From positions 8,095,792 through 8,159,791 of the forward strand of contig NW_003526943.1 in the NCBI RefSeq assembly GCF_000181795.1: DNA of 64,000 nucleotides. The letters are read 5' to 3'. Below, one piece after another: positions 1-16,029 of the stretch (its first letter is position 1; every line of letters begins with the position of its first letter). This DNA comes from Trichinella spiralis (lineage: Eukaryota). A model generated the notes under the pieces. That model did not search any database. It saw only the letters and a program-made list of their open reading frames with translations, and had not been told where the DNA came from. The translations under genes and the position numbers were made by a program.

Positions 1-302
1 GAGCCTATCTGTTATTCCAGTTTGAAATAAATTATTTATCTAAAATGCCTTTGCATATATTCGCTTTTTACCAGTAAATGTATAATGGGAGTTGAAGAAA
101 GCTATTCAAAAAAGTTTCAATTCAACTCTTATCAAAGCTCAAAACATCTTTTTGTAATGTTCTTTACAAAGAAATCATCATTGCTTCTTGCAATAATTGC
201 ATCTATTATTAAATTAGTAGCAAAAATTCGAATTTCACATAAACTTACATTAGAATATCTTGAGAAATGGTTTTGAGTTGTACTTTTATTTCAGTTATTC
301 CA

Positions 303-1242
303 ATGGCTACTACAAAAGAAAGGTCAATAATAGCTAGCCAAAGTGGTCGGTACTGTTTTAACACCATTTGTACAATTTCGCATTTACTTGGCATTTCTAC
401 GGCTACACTTATTGGAATATGGATGGGTGTACATGGCGGTGGTTTTGACTGGAATGGCAATTGGAAATCTCAATTCACTTTTCATCCTCTTTTCATGGCT
501 CTCGGCTTGCAATTTCTTTTTGGAGAAGGTAACTTTTAAGCATTGCAATTTTTATCTCACTTTATTACAATATACGTGTTATTGTTATTATTAGCTATTT
601 TAATTTTTCGAATGTTTCCATTTACCAACAAAAAATTACTGAAAATTGGACACGGCGTGTTGCATGCTTCGGCAATGGTATTGTTTGCTTTTGCACTGAT
701 TGCCGCCTTCAGATCTCACAGCACTGCAGCGATACCTGATTTGTATACTTTCCACAGTTGGATAGGAATAGCTCTTGTAGCTTGTTATGTTCTTCAAGTA
801 AGTAACTTTTGCGAGATCAGTTGCTTATTGTATAATTAATATTTCTGTTAAACAATTTATGCTCATAAATTATTCGAACATTGCAAATTTCAGTTTTTAT
901 TCGGGCTTGTAATATTTTTTCTACCTGTGATTGGCGAATCTATTCGAAAAATGTACCTTCCCATTCATAAAGTTGCCGGAATTATCATGTTCATCGTTTC
1001 AAGTGCAACATGCCTGACTGGAATAACAGAAAAAGCAGCCTGGAGTGTAGCGTATGTATTAAATGTATTTAAAATATTTAAAAAATATATTTGAATTCAT
1101 TTTTTCTAGAGATTGGAAACTGTTCAGCCCTGAAGGATTGTTGGTTAATTTTTCCGCGTTAAGTTTGATTTTATATTCAATATCTGTGACGTATTTAGTC
1201 ATGTGCAATCGTTTCAAACGTATTTCTTTGTTTAACGGATGA
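303..1242 (+). CDS. Cytochrome b561-family (ascorbate-dependent reductase-like) membrane protein, 4 exons (~303-528, 595-797, 894-1051, 1110-1242)
   Basis: Spliced translation has FHPLFMALG, KIGHGVLH, HSTAAIPDLYTFHSWIG and YLPIHKVAG, giving four heme-ligand His in hydrophobic helices. GT-AG introns keep frame. The exact 3' end is uncertain. Confidence 0.9.
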
Positions 1243-1981
1243 TATTATTTAGCATGCTGTTTTTCATTAGATGCCATTTAAATTCCTGAGCAGTGAATAT
1301 TGTTATTCATGAAGTGAAAAAGCAACTTTTCATCTACATTAAAAAGCCACCGATTAATTTTCTTTGCTTATATATACTTTGTAGTACATCATTTTCTTTC
1401 AAACTGACATTTTTATGATTATTATGCGTATGAAGTTTTTTTAATAGGAATTTGTAAAAGAAAAATGTTTTTAAAATTTAACTAATGTTTATAAAACAAA
1501 ATTGTAAATGCATTGATTAATTAGTAGAATTGAATTCAATTCTCATAAATAAAACTATATCTTTGTTGTACTACTGCTTGTTGTTGGTTGCTATTGATAA
1601 AAAATAAGAATCAATATCATTCATAAATTTAAATCAATTATAATATTAAAATTAAATCAATTGTAATAATTTTTGTTTTGAATTTTCAAACAGATTATTG
1701 TTAATTATGGTTAGATTTGTTGGTTGGTGATTGAAGTGATTGAAAATCGAATGTACAATGAATGAAAGGCAAGTAAAATACGACGTGTAATATAAATTTA
1801 TTTGAAGCATGTGCAGTTTGATGATGAAAAAATTAAAGTGGAAGAAAATCAACAAGAACAGTGTTGAACGGTAAAGGATGCAAAGGCAAAAGAAAGCGCT
1901 GCCGAAGGCCGGCAGTGTACGGTGGCAGTGCGCAGCAAAGTTCACATTTTACAAATTGTTCTTTTTTTTCTCAAAACACTG

Positions 1982-4900
1982 TTACTGTGCTTCAAAGCTA
2001 TCAGATTTTATAATACCAAAGCGACTGACCAAAGTGACCACTTTGTTCACAACTTCTTCTTGTGCAAGATTGAAGCACATCGCAATCAAAGCCATTCCAA
2101 AAAGCAAATAAAGCGACGTGATCACGAGCTTCTCTTGGGCAGCACTGTCGTCACGCATCGAAGCTCCTGGAAACAAATCTCCAAAACCAATTGTAGCCAA
2201 TGAAACAAAACAAAAATAGAACGAATCCAATAAATCCCAACGTTCCCAAACGGCAAACAACAAAGCTCCTACTGCTAGATAGGCTAGCATGGTCAGCAGA
2301 ACCAACCAGAGAGGTACGAGAGCTCGATTGAGCTTCTCCCCCATCGTCTCGCGCAGAATATATTCTTCAAATTCATAACGTTGAATTAGCGCTTTCACTC
2401 GGATATCTTCTAGCATATCGCCAGGTTCAGCTGAACCAACGCCTATTGCCGGTGATCTGGATGGATGTGTGCTGAAGGTCATGAATGCCGACGGCTGTTC
2501 CAAAGCGGACCGCTTAATGCGAATCTTCTGCATACGACCACTGGTCACTGGTACCTCACTCAAACTACTACTTCGAGTGAATTTTCTGCCCGGAGAACCC
2601 TGCGGTTGATGAAATTCTTTGGCTGTGAACGTTGACACTCTTTTGACAGCTTGTTTTGCTGTACAACTATCCGATACAGACCTGGACAAATTTGCTGGTC
2701 GAAAACTCGGTGAACATGTTATCTAAATTGTTGAATTTGTTTATTCCATATTTGAAAAAAAGTATTAAGAAATCCACATGGATAGTTGATTACTTTTCTT
2801 AGACGTGCAGCTTTTCTTCGCTTATTCCAAATTGTAATTTCCATACGAAGTTTATACGCTCGTCGGTATAGAAATTTGAACATTTTCGCAAGAACATCGC
2901 CAATGTTTGTCAAAAATAACAACATCAATGGAATACCAATGATCGCATATCCAATTGTCAACGCTTTGCCAAAGTACGTTCTACAAGCAATATTTCCATA
3001 GCCTAAACAGTCCAGGGGACAGATATTTGGAAAATTTTCAAAATATAAAATCTGAATTTTGCTTTTGAAACGCGTATCATCTCTCAAAAATTATAACTAT
3101 TTTTTTACTCATACAGTGAAATTCACAACAATCAGTTGCAGTGATTTTTGTTTTATTTTAAATATTAATTTCTTCGAAGTTATCAAACTCACAGTTGACT
3201 GAGCACCAGCTACAAAGAAAGGGTGAACAACTTTTGTCATCAGTTGACCAAAGGCGAATCGATTAATGTTAATTTTGGACGTGAACAACGAAAACCCGAC
3301 GCCTGTGATTAGGTCGTCTTGGGAGCAAAGCTTGTTGAAACTTTGCAAAAATGTCAATAATAGGATTTTGCATTTTAAGATTCAACAATCACCAAAAAGA
3401 GAGCGCTTAAAATAAATTTGAACAAACGCGCAACAATATTCTATGCCTGAGCAAAAAGTGGTATCCGCTTCTTCTGTAATGCCCGACATTATGCACTGTA
3501 CTGTCGAATGGAAAATTTATTCAAAGAAAATACTCTGTAAAAATTTCCATAATCTAATTTTAATATAATAAGAAGAAAATTTAAATGAAACTTTGTAAAG
3601 AAAATCTTCACGTGATGTAAAACGGAAGTGTGACATGTTTTTATTGAGCTTGTCATGCACGTATGCTGCAATTTCCCTGATGTCGAGGCAGAGCAAAACA
3701 TCAAAAAATAGCAAAAAGTTTCCAAACCTACGTCTATTTTGACATTCCAATAAATGACAGTAAGCCCTTACACTGGGAAAACGTCTCTTTAGGGAGTGGC
3801 GTTGTGCAATACAAAATATTTCCTCTTTGCATCGTATGTTACTTTTGGAGTAGTTATCTGATTTTTTTCTAGAAACCTATCCATACACTATTTTGAGCTT
3901 CTTGAACAATAAAAAATATCATTTGTTTATTTATTTAAAATAATTTCCACAACTTTTATTGTAATATCAATGAAGAAAAAAAATTATGCAAACCATACAA
4001 ATAAAGAAAATTAAAGTAGAAGTTTTCTTCAATTTTTACAATATGAATAAAGCTGAATAAATAAATAAATAAATAAGAAAACTAAAATCACTCGAAATAA
4101 TCAACATCAACCAAGGGTTTTTTTTAATAATTTTTTTCAACTTCAACTGCGACGACGTTTCATTCAAGTCTGAAAAATCATGGAAATAATTGAATTTTGA
4201 AAAAATGCTTGACGTAAGCGAAATTATTATTACGCCACTTGGAGGCGAAATGACCAAATAGACCGTCAGTCAGTGGAAATCAATCAACGATCGTGGAAAA
4301 AGAAAGAATCATGCCGGTGCTTTGTGAAAGAGGGTGGGGATTGTTTGTTTGTTGCGGTGATTTTGAATCCAATTGAATTGAAGCTTAATGAACACACAGG
4401 CTTTCAGGAAATTCCTTGCCGCTTACGAAGGGAAAATTTAACTAATTCAACTTTAACAACTTCTTTATTTCCCAATTTAATTCACTCCAAAATAAAAAGA
4501 ATATCCCATACCGTCCCCGATTCAATTAATTTGCATGAATTTGGACAGTCGTTGAGCAACTATTTGCAAAGTTAATTAATTAATAAAGGCGGATAGAGGA
4601 ATAAGAACCATAATAGCATACCTATTGTTGTTATCACTGAGAGAGAGTAGAGAAAAGCGCCGGAAAAGGTCCATTGGACATTTTCTTCGTAATCTCTGGC
4701 GTCGTATCCCTTCCATATGGCACTGAGCAATGTCTGCTTGAAGCTCAGCAATTCTTCTTGCACTTTCTGTATCCACTCCTCTTCATAAAGGACGTTGTAC
4801 TCGTAGGTGATGGTCCAGAGACGGTCAACCGACTGGCGACGGTTGTCACGGGCTAGCTGGCGTACCTCCTTCTCAAGGGGTCCTTCAACGGCCCGGAACA

Positions 4901-5030
4901 GCACCGAGCCGAGCATCGTGTAAGCAACTACCAAAGCGCACAAGCCGATGTGGCTGAAGAAAAACGCGACGGTTCTTTTGAAAAATATATTCAACCGTCG
5001 CACTTTGCTTCGGCGATGGCGACTGGACAT
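1982..5030 (-). CDS. Two-pore-domain (TWK/K2P) potassium channel, exons ~5030-4622, 3002-2794, 2722-1982
   Basis: Pore 1 is WTFSGAFLYSLSVITTIG|YGN (joined across a 1.6 kb intron) and pore 2 is FYFCFVSLATIGFGD. There are four TM helices and a cap region. Further upstream exons are possible. Confidence 0.93.
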
Positions 5031-8000
5031 TGTATCCTTTCTGGCCAAGCCTGGATCGGTTCATTCAAAAATCTTTCCTTTCCAATGACGGAAAAGAGAA
5101 CCTAACATTTTTCAATAAGAAAAACAATATTAAACTAATAATAATTAATAATTTCATCATTTGACAACACAATTTTGTTTGTTTGTTCGATGAAAATGCC
5201 ACTGATAGAAAGCAAAATCCTAAAGCATTTAAACAAATTGGTTGTTTAAAATGAGAAATTTTCATTTCACATTTTCCAATGTTTCATTAGAACTGAAAAT
5301 CAGTAAGCCAAATGCAAAATGACAGCAGTGATTTATTCCATAATCAGGAATATTAAAAGACTTGTACACTGTGAATCATATTTTTTGTGCTTATTATATT
5401 TATTGCGTTGTATAACTAATGAAAATATACCTCTTACAAAAACTGGCAACAAAAAATGAAGAAGAATTATATTGAAGAATGAAATTAATTAAAATATGTA
5501 AAATTAACTTCAACAGGCAAACGGTTTTATTTGCAAAAATTCATTTATCACATTTTCAATTAAAATTTTCTCTGGCAGCATTTTTCATCTTCATTTCTAT
5601 CTCGTGCAGTAGCGATTGGTTGAAATGATAACGCGGACAACTCAAATCGAGGAATTTTCAACTTTCATTGTTCTTATTATAAAGCCATTCATTGCACTGG
5701 AACCGCAAGTGAAAATTGCATCCAGCGAGCGTATTTTGCTTTTCTTCAATCAATTCCATCAAAATAATAATAATGGAGCAAAAAAATTCGTTGAATTATT
5801 TATTTTTCTTTCAATCCTTCTCCTTCATACATTTTTTACCATTAGCATAGCTTTTTCTGTACAAAATTAATTATCATAAAAAGAAAATAATAAATCATTG
5901 GATTTTTTCCCAACAGTCTCATTTGAGAATGAAAGTTACATGCAGCTTTGATTGATTTAATAAAGAGGAAAACAAAATTTAGCTGCTGTTTTGTTTATGG
6001 CAGTGCATGAGCTTTGTAGTTGAAATATTGAAATTATGAGCTTTTCTTGTTTCAGTTCAGTGAAGATTTTGAATATTTTCTGAATTGAATTGAGAATATG
6101 CTACAAGGAAGAGGTGGAAGAGGCATCGATTTCAGAGGCCAGTTCCGCTTGCAATTAGCCGGCTAAAATTTGGTCACACCCTTGGACAATTGATTCCTAA
6201 TTTGCCTGCAAGCAACGCATGGTAATGGAATTGTTTGTAATTTACAATCTGCACGCCTTGGACGGAAATGAGGGGTTTTAAATTTTTAATAGAATCTTCT
6301 TGCCAGTACAGCCGGCCGGACAGTGCGGCTTGCCTGTGAAGCAACCGGAGAATTGAATTTCAAAGTGTTTATATCCCGACTAATCCCACGGGATTTTGCT
6401 GTCAAGTGGCAGTGAAAGAAATGTGAATTTTGGATACAAAAGAAGAATAAAGCAAAAATTATTCGTACCAATTGCAGTGCAACGGAAATTTGGAAAACTC
6501 TTTCCACTTTATCCAGCACTTCTTCATCAAGCCACCGGCTAAATGGACAAAGTCCGAACAACAATTGCCGTATTCACTATGCCTGCTTTTGGTCTTCTTC
6601 TGCAAGTTATCGTCAGTTAGCAGAATTTTTTTTTTATTTTTTTAATTAAGAAAATAAAAAAGCAAACTTGATCCGATTTTTCAAGAGAAATTTGGAACTT
6701 TTACTAGCAACAATGCGGACAATAAAAAATCCAATGATGCAGCTAAATGTCGTCTTTCAAAGACTAAATAAGCTAAACTGAAAGGGCGGCGGCCAAACGA
6801 CAGCCGCAGCAGAAACCAGGAACAAATGAAGACGGAGAAATTGACGTGACCGCGCTCGATTCGGCCGTGGCCAAACGATCGATTGCCACTAGATGCTTTC
6901 CCACAAGGACCCCCAAATCCAACAAAATCCGACAATGAGAAGTGAAATAATAATAATAATCATAATAATAACAGTATTATTTTTGTCTTCTTCTTCTTAT
7001 TATTAGAATACAATAACTTTTTTGCGTTGAAATTTATTTTTGGTTTTAATTTCAATGGAATTTATTATTGGCTTTTGGAAATTTTTGTTTTCATCCACTT
7101 CAATGAACAATATTCAATACAAAATCGGCAATGGACGTTGGCCTTTGATGATGTTGTCGCACTCTGGTGGCGGGCGGTGCCGTTGCAAACGAATAATCAA
7201 GCTAATATTGACTTTTGGCCAGATTTAATAGTCCTCTAGAGCGCACTTTCCCAAAATGTGCGCATCCCAGCTGTTGGGCATTTAACGACAACTAGAATAT
7301 CACTGAAATACCCCCCACAGTTGGTATTTGTTAACTAACAACACAACCACAAACTTATACAGATTTATCAAACTAACACAAACAATAATAACTGGGAGTA
7401 TGCAATAAATCAAAATAATTATCCCAAAACATATAAATTAATTAATAAATAGACATATGCATATATGTATAATGCATATTTAGACTTTATTACAATTTCA
7501 GTTTACAATTACGTTTCATAATATTGTTTTAATCAATAAGAAAATATTAAATGACATAATAATTTGACGATTCCACAATTCATTGAAACAATTGGCATAT
7601 CCGCGTTTCAGTTTTCAACGCTAGTACAGATATTAAATTAAAAGGAAATTACTGCATAAAATGTTAAAAATTTGGTTTTTTCGAGCATATTCAGTTTGAA
7701 ACTTATCAAATTGCAAAATAAGCGTGAAATTTTAAAATTTAATTAATTTAAATGATTAACTTTAAAATTAACATTCCAAAATTTATCATTAAATGCATTT
7801 TTACCTTAAATTACTCTTGAATTAAATGTTAGATTATTTACTTTAACAATACACTATTGCTGCTTATAATCATAATTGCCTTATGCTAAGCAACACGTAA
7901 GCTCAATTTACGCACTATAATAGATAAACTAGAAATTTTTCGTTTTTTTATCAAATTTAAAACTGTGCGGCCTTGATCTTGTGTAAAAATTCATTTTATT

Positions 8001-9359
8001 TATCCAATCAGTTAGTTTGACAGAACTGAGAAATAAAAAATGAGACAATTTCGCTTGTTTGGAAAAATTGTTGTAATATTAAGAATTTTCTCATTCGTAG
8101 CATGATGAGTGTGATATTCCGCAGATTAATAAAATTTGATTCCTGAATATTATTTTGTTTATAGAATATATTCAAATACATCTAAATAATTAAATTAATC
8201 AGACTATAAACAAGTTATAATAATTATAAACACAAGTAAAAGAAATTAAACAACTTCTCAGAAAGTTGCAATATTCTGCCATTCTTGTAAGAATTTTAAA
8301 CACAAAAATCAAATAATTGCCCATAAAATGACCAAGTAGAAAAATACTTTCAAAGATGTCTTTAAACCAGAAAATTAATACGCATCGGCAGCAATAGAAA
8401 TCACTTCAAAATTCTAATGCAAACCAACTGAAGAATGTCTTTTCATCAGAATCATTAGCTGCGCCTACGCAAATATAACTGCATCGTTCAAATTCCATTT
8501 CACTTCGCTTCCAAGCATCTATTTACGTTCAGATTTCAATTCACTTCTATTTTTAAAGCACTAAATAATTGTAGAATTCAAACTTTGCCCCAATATAATA
8601 TTCATTCATGTTGGATAAGCTTTACTTTAGTCGATATTTCTATCAAGTAGAATACAAGTTGATCAATAATCATGTAATACAAGAATGTTTCTCACATATG
8701 ATTTCAGTTATCAAAAAAATAAGCACACGAAAGCAAAATAATTGGATGAAATAAAACTCTTTCTACAATTAAAAAATGTGAATATAAAATTCTACGAAAA
8801 TTTATTCTAACTTTTCTTAAATCCACTTTCCCTCTTTTTGTAAGACATCATTAAGTACACTTTAGTTTTTGAAAACATCCTCATAAGATTTTAATCAGTT
8901 AAATAATAACATTAGTTGAAACTGATAAAACAAAAAATCACATCAAAAAAATTAGAAAAAGATAGTAGTACATTAAAAATTATGAAAATTCAAGAACAAG
9001 GGTAAAAACCAAACCTGTTACAGTATGATGTAAATTATCATTTAATTTGATAAATTTATATTTAAATAAATATTTATTTATTAATAAATGAATTTAAATA
9101 TCAAGCTGTTTTTTGCATTTCACAAATAGCAGTTAAGTAAAATCATAATTGTCTGAATAGAGATTATAAATAAGGGAAGCTAACAAGCAAATAATTTTTA
9201 ATAATTGCTGCTGCTTAATAAAAATTTAAATAATTTAAATTATCGTATGTATTAATCATGATGGAAATTTTTAATTGATTTTCAGGATTAGTATACGGTA
9301 TTGCCACTTGTACTTTCTGCCTTGTTACTGAGTTGTTCATTTGAACGTTTGGTTTAGCC

Positions 9360-11313
9360 ATGAGTAAGTCGGAAACACCTAGTGGTGGTAATGCGCAAAT
9401 TAATGTACCCAAGGAAGGGCAAGGAGCGCCAGGTGGTGGTAGTGCTTTGAGTAAAGGAGGCAAAGATGGGAAGAAATTTGATGTTACCAAGTTTTGTGTC
9501 GATCTGGTTACTGGCGGAACTGCAGCCGCTATCTCTAAAACTGCCGTCGCTCCGATTGAACGTGTGAAGCTGTTGCTTCAGGTATTTTTTTTCATTTTTT
9601 TCAAAACGTTAAATGTATTCGTAAATATATTTCATCTGTAGCTATGATTTTTTGTGTAATAAGTTTTTAACGAATACATCTAGAAGTTTTTGAAGCAGGT
9701 TATTTTCTACTTCAAACTTAAATGTTAAGTTGAAATTAAGTTTTTTTGAATTCGATTCACAGATCTCCGCTTTATATTGTTACTTTTTGCTGATTTTTCA
9801 AAATTCTCATGGTTATGGCATTTTTTAAAATTTTACTTCCGGGCTTCGTACCTGGCACGTTTTGCCTCGTAAAACATCTAACATTTACTCTAAATTTTTG
9901 TTGAAATCAGCACTTCTACGTCACTTGAAATGTTTGTCTACGTTATCAAATCGTGTTTCCTTCAAATTAAAAAGTTCTTTAATAACATTTAATTATTCTA
10001 ACTATAAATTAAAGAACTACTTATTTCAAAAAATTTTCTTTAAAATAATAGTTGTTAATTTAGCGTATTCAAGGAAGTATGAATACTTTCATATTTTAAT
10101 TAAGAATTTAGTACTTAATAACTTGTTCGTTTCTGTTGATTTTGAACAGCACGATCATTCAACTTAACATTATAGTTGTCGAATAGGATCGTAATTGTGT
10201 TGACATTAGCATAATTCTTTAACGAAAGCTTATTTCGCACAGTAGTAGTGACATTTTGTCCAGATTTTATATTTATATTTTTGTTCCATTTTAAGTTTCT
10301 AAAAGCGTCTTAATGTTTGAACGCCAAAATTATAGGTTCAAGATGCGCAAAAGACGATTGCCGTTGACAAACGATACAAAGGTATCGTTGATTGTCTGGT
10401 CCGTGTGCCGAAAGAACAAGGATTTTTGTCCTTCTGGAGAGGAAATTTAGTCAATGTGATTCGCTATTTTCCAACACAGGCGTTGAATTTTGCTTTCAAA
10501 GATACGTACAAAAATATTTTCATGGGTGATATTGACAAGAACAAGCACTTTTGGAAATTTTTTGCTGGTATGCGTGACGACGCATTCTTTTGACTAGTCC
10601 TGTTTATCTTGTATTTCTTGTGTTTAGGCAATCTGGCAGCAGGAGGAGCGGCTGGAGCTACAGGATTGTGTTTCGTTTACCCGCTTGATTTTGCGCGTAC
10701 ACGCTTGGCTGTAGACGTGGGAAAGGACGCAGCAAGTAGAGAGTTCAAAGGACTAGGGGATTGCATAGTCAAAATTTTTAAGCACGATGGTCCGATTGGT
10801 CTTTATCGGTAAGAAGTTGTCTTCTCTTTTATGTTAATAACTTCAGTTCTTAGAATTGTTTGTTTTTCAGAGGCTTTTTCGTGTCTGTGCAAGGAATAAT
10901 TATTTATCGAGCATCGTACTTTGGTTTCTTTGATACGATCAAAGCTACCATTTCAAGTGATCCGAAGAAGATGAACTTCTTTGCTGCGTGGGCTTTAGCA
11001 CAGGTTGATTATATGCTTTTCTAAACGATAAATATTATGATAATTCTTTTATTGATTGTTTTTCTTTCAGGTTGTCACCGTGTGCAGTGGTATAACATCG
11101 TATCCATGGGACACTGTTCGTCGTCGTATGATGATGCAGTCGGGACGCAAAGAAATCTTGTACAAGAATACATGGGATTGTGCGAAGAAGATCATAACAC
11201 AAGAAGGTTTTAGTGCTTTGTTTAAAGGAGCATTGAGCAATGTTTTCCGAGGAACTGGTGGCGCTTTAGTTCTAGCATTTTACGACGAAATTAAGAAATA
11301 TATTCCGTATTAA
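9360..11313 (+). CDS. ant-1: Mitochondrial ADP/ATP translocase (SLC25A4/5/6 family), 5 exons
   Basis: Motifs [49 protein letters not shown] and the RRRMMM signature. Confidence 0.97.
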
Positions 11314-11511
11314 TTTTACAATACGGATGTGAGCAGTAATTTCGTACTAGCACAGAAATGAGTGTTTTAATAACCTCTTTTCACTGCTTAGCGGAACTAA
11401 AATGAATAAATTGGATTTAACAAAATTTTTATTGCATATTTTATACATGTCTTTATGTATATATATAAATAGACAGCACAGCGTCTGAAAAAGGCATAAT
11501 TGTAATCCATC

Positions 11512-13515
<2,004 letters not shown>

Positions 13516-14304
13516 CGCACAAGCCGATTAAAATTTCACTTCTGGCAATATGAAACATTTTTTAATGTAAATAGCTCAACATTTTCACTAAATATTATCG
13601 CACAGAACAGAAAAATGAACTACAACGTATTTCATCACATTCTTTATACTTAACTGTCGATTCATCGTACAAGTGAAACAGAAATTTCAATAAAATTCCT
13701 TGCGTTTTCTATTTAAATTGACAAATTCAAAGATTAAACAAAATTTCTGATTGAATCGCATCCCTGATAAATCGAATTAAATTATACATAATGTGTCTGT
13801 TTGAATACCTGCAAAAATTTCCTCATTAAAAAAAAGGAACACATATAAACATAAAACACATATAAAATAACACTACCTAATTATATTTGACCACTACGCA
13901 ACAGTTCACATACAAAATGTTTCATTAATAGTCGACTCCACTTATACAGTACGAAAGGGAAGAATTCTTTATAATTTTAATAAATGTTGATTCTGTAAGT
14001 CTGATAATTTAATAGTGTAAACCATGAATAAATGATTATTTTTTCATATATTCAAATGATTAACGAAATCTGTAAAATTTTACAATAAATCACAAGATGA
14101 TATTTAGTGAATTTATTAATGATACGCAAAAACAAAAATTTGAATAAATACCCACAGTTTACAAATGTTATCATTATCGTGTTATATTAACAACAGCAAT
14201 AATAAAAATGAGTAAAGCAATGCACTATAGCATTTACATCTATATGCAAGAGCAACATTTCATACATTTCTATTTAAACATTTAAAATTCTTTTGTTCAC
14301 CATT

Positions 14305-15183
14305 TCAGAATAAATATCCTGTTGTAGGTTGCACTTCCTTTTCCGATTCAGTGTACATTTCATGTAAAGCAGTTTGAAGCAGTCTTAATGGAACCAAAAA
14401 CAGCAGTTGAACGGCAGCAATTGCAAGCAGCGGATATCCAACCGGGAGCAGCCATTCCTTGATCACTTGACCAATGCGTACATCGCAGCCAACGTTAAAT
14501 ATTTCATTAAACGTGTACATTGGTATTCCTTTCCTGTCTCTCAACATTCCATGCACGCAAGGTACTTGACGATCCAAGTCACGCTTGCAACAACTCCATG
14601 GTAGTGACCACTTTCCGCCCCGATCAAACTGAGTTAGGTTGACTAGCTTCATTTGAAACCAACTGCTTGGATTAATCGCACCACAACATTTGAATGCTTG
14701 CTGCAGTTCGTTTAATGCGATTATTGAATCTGGCAACTGAGTTCGGTATTCGAGCATCAAACGGTTCATCTGGGTAGCTTGTTCTTTCTGATGTAAAAGC
14801 TGTGGCGAGGTGATGAACATCAAAGAGAAGAACAGTATGGATATACCACAGTGCAGACCGATACCCACCGCGTACAAAAGTTTCTTTGGATTTCCAGTGA
14901 ACAGAGCGCAGGCTATGAAAGCGCTGGCTAACAAAAGTGAACCATAAGATGATGCGGCGATAGCGATTATCGACACCATGTGATACAAGCCGATTACAAC
15001 ATGCGCTTTAAACACTTCGGTCATTCCAAGTGTGAAGTAGAATAAACCGAAACCAGCGGTTAAAACTGAAGCACAATAAAATAATAACAAAAAATACTGC
15101 ATGGTTTTCCGAGTTTTGTAGTTTATTTTCATCACAAACACATGCTTCGGGGCATCATCTGCTTCATCTTTCGTAGACACCAT
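14305..15183 (-). CDS. Tetraspanin-family protein, single exon
   Basis: Four hydrophobic segments and a large extracellular loop with FKCCG, PWSCC and GC motifs. The first ATG is at 15183 (the ORF track starts at an upstream TTG). Confidence 0.85.
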   Translation of the reverse strand: MVSTKDEADDAPKHVFVMKINYKTRKTMQYFLLLFYCASVLTAGFGLFYFTLGMTEVFKAHVVIGLYHMVSIIAIAASSYGSLLLASAFIACALFTGNPKKLLYAVGIGLHCGISILFFSLMFITSPQLLHQKEQATQMNRLMLEYRTQLPDSIIALNELQQAFKCCGAINPSSWFQMKLVNLTQFDRGGKWSLPWSCCKRDLDRQVPCVHGMLRDRKGIPMYTFNEIFNVGCDVRIGQVIKEWLLPVGYPLLAIAAVQLLFLVPLRLLQTALHEMYTESEKEVQPTTGYLF

Positions 15184-16029
15184 ATTTACAGCTGACTTTA
15201 TTAGAGATACTAAATCACTCAAAAACCTTTTTCAAACTAAAAGCATTGATAGAATTTTTACATTGAGCTATATGTCATTTATTTAAACAGTTTTAACATT
15301 TTAAAGTTACAAAATTTCAATAAATTTAATGCTTAGCTGATACTTTAAAATGCCGCGTCTTATTACTGTCTCTAAACTGAATTTTAAATCTAGATAATCA
15401 TCTAAAACTTACATAAAATCTGAAATGAAAAAATACATTCTTAAAATAATTTAAAATTTGAAATTATTTGCATTATTTCTATTTTTCTTGTTTTAGTAAA
15501 TATTTTCAAATTAATAAATAACAGTTTTAGTGATGATAATTATGTTAATTAATGAATAATAACGATTAATAATTTTAATTAAGTTTTTGTAAGATTTTAA
15601 TAGTTTAGTTCTAATTAAAAAAAAAGAAATCAATTATTCAATTGCATTACAATGTTCAGTTATGCGCCCAGAGTTGGATAATTTTGAAAAATAAATAAAA
15701 AATTGATAATGTATAAATAAAGTATATGTAAATAAAAAAATAATTAATGAAAAGTCTATTTTTAATCTATTACTACCAAACTTTTCTTTCAAGTATAACC
15801 ACAGTAAATTCAACATATCTTCAATACTATTCAAGTTTACTGTTACAGTAACAAACCTTGAAAATGAAATGTTACAAATTATATCTTTATTGGATACCAT
15901 ATCTTTAAATTATTCAATATTATCACATTTTGAGGTTTGAAGTGTAAGTTTTTATATTTTTATTTTTATGTTCATGATAATCAGCGATCAAGTTATTTAT
16001 TAATTTTGCTTGGGTGTTTTCAGCTGAAA

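Noticed and set aside
3109..4575. Possible nested gene in the K2P channel intron
   Set aside because: Only short unrelated ORFs on both strands, with no supportable gene model.
6100..7330. GC-richer patches and short ORFs upstream of the K2P channel
   Set aside because: No recognisable motifs or consistent splice frame. Probably regulatory or UTR sequence.
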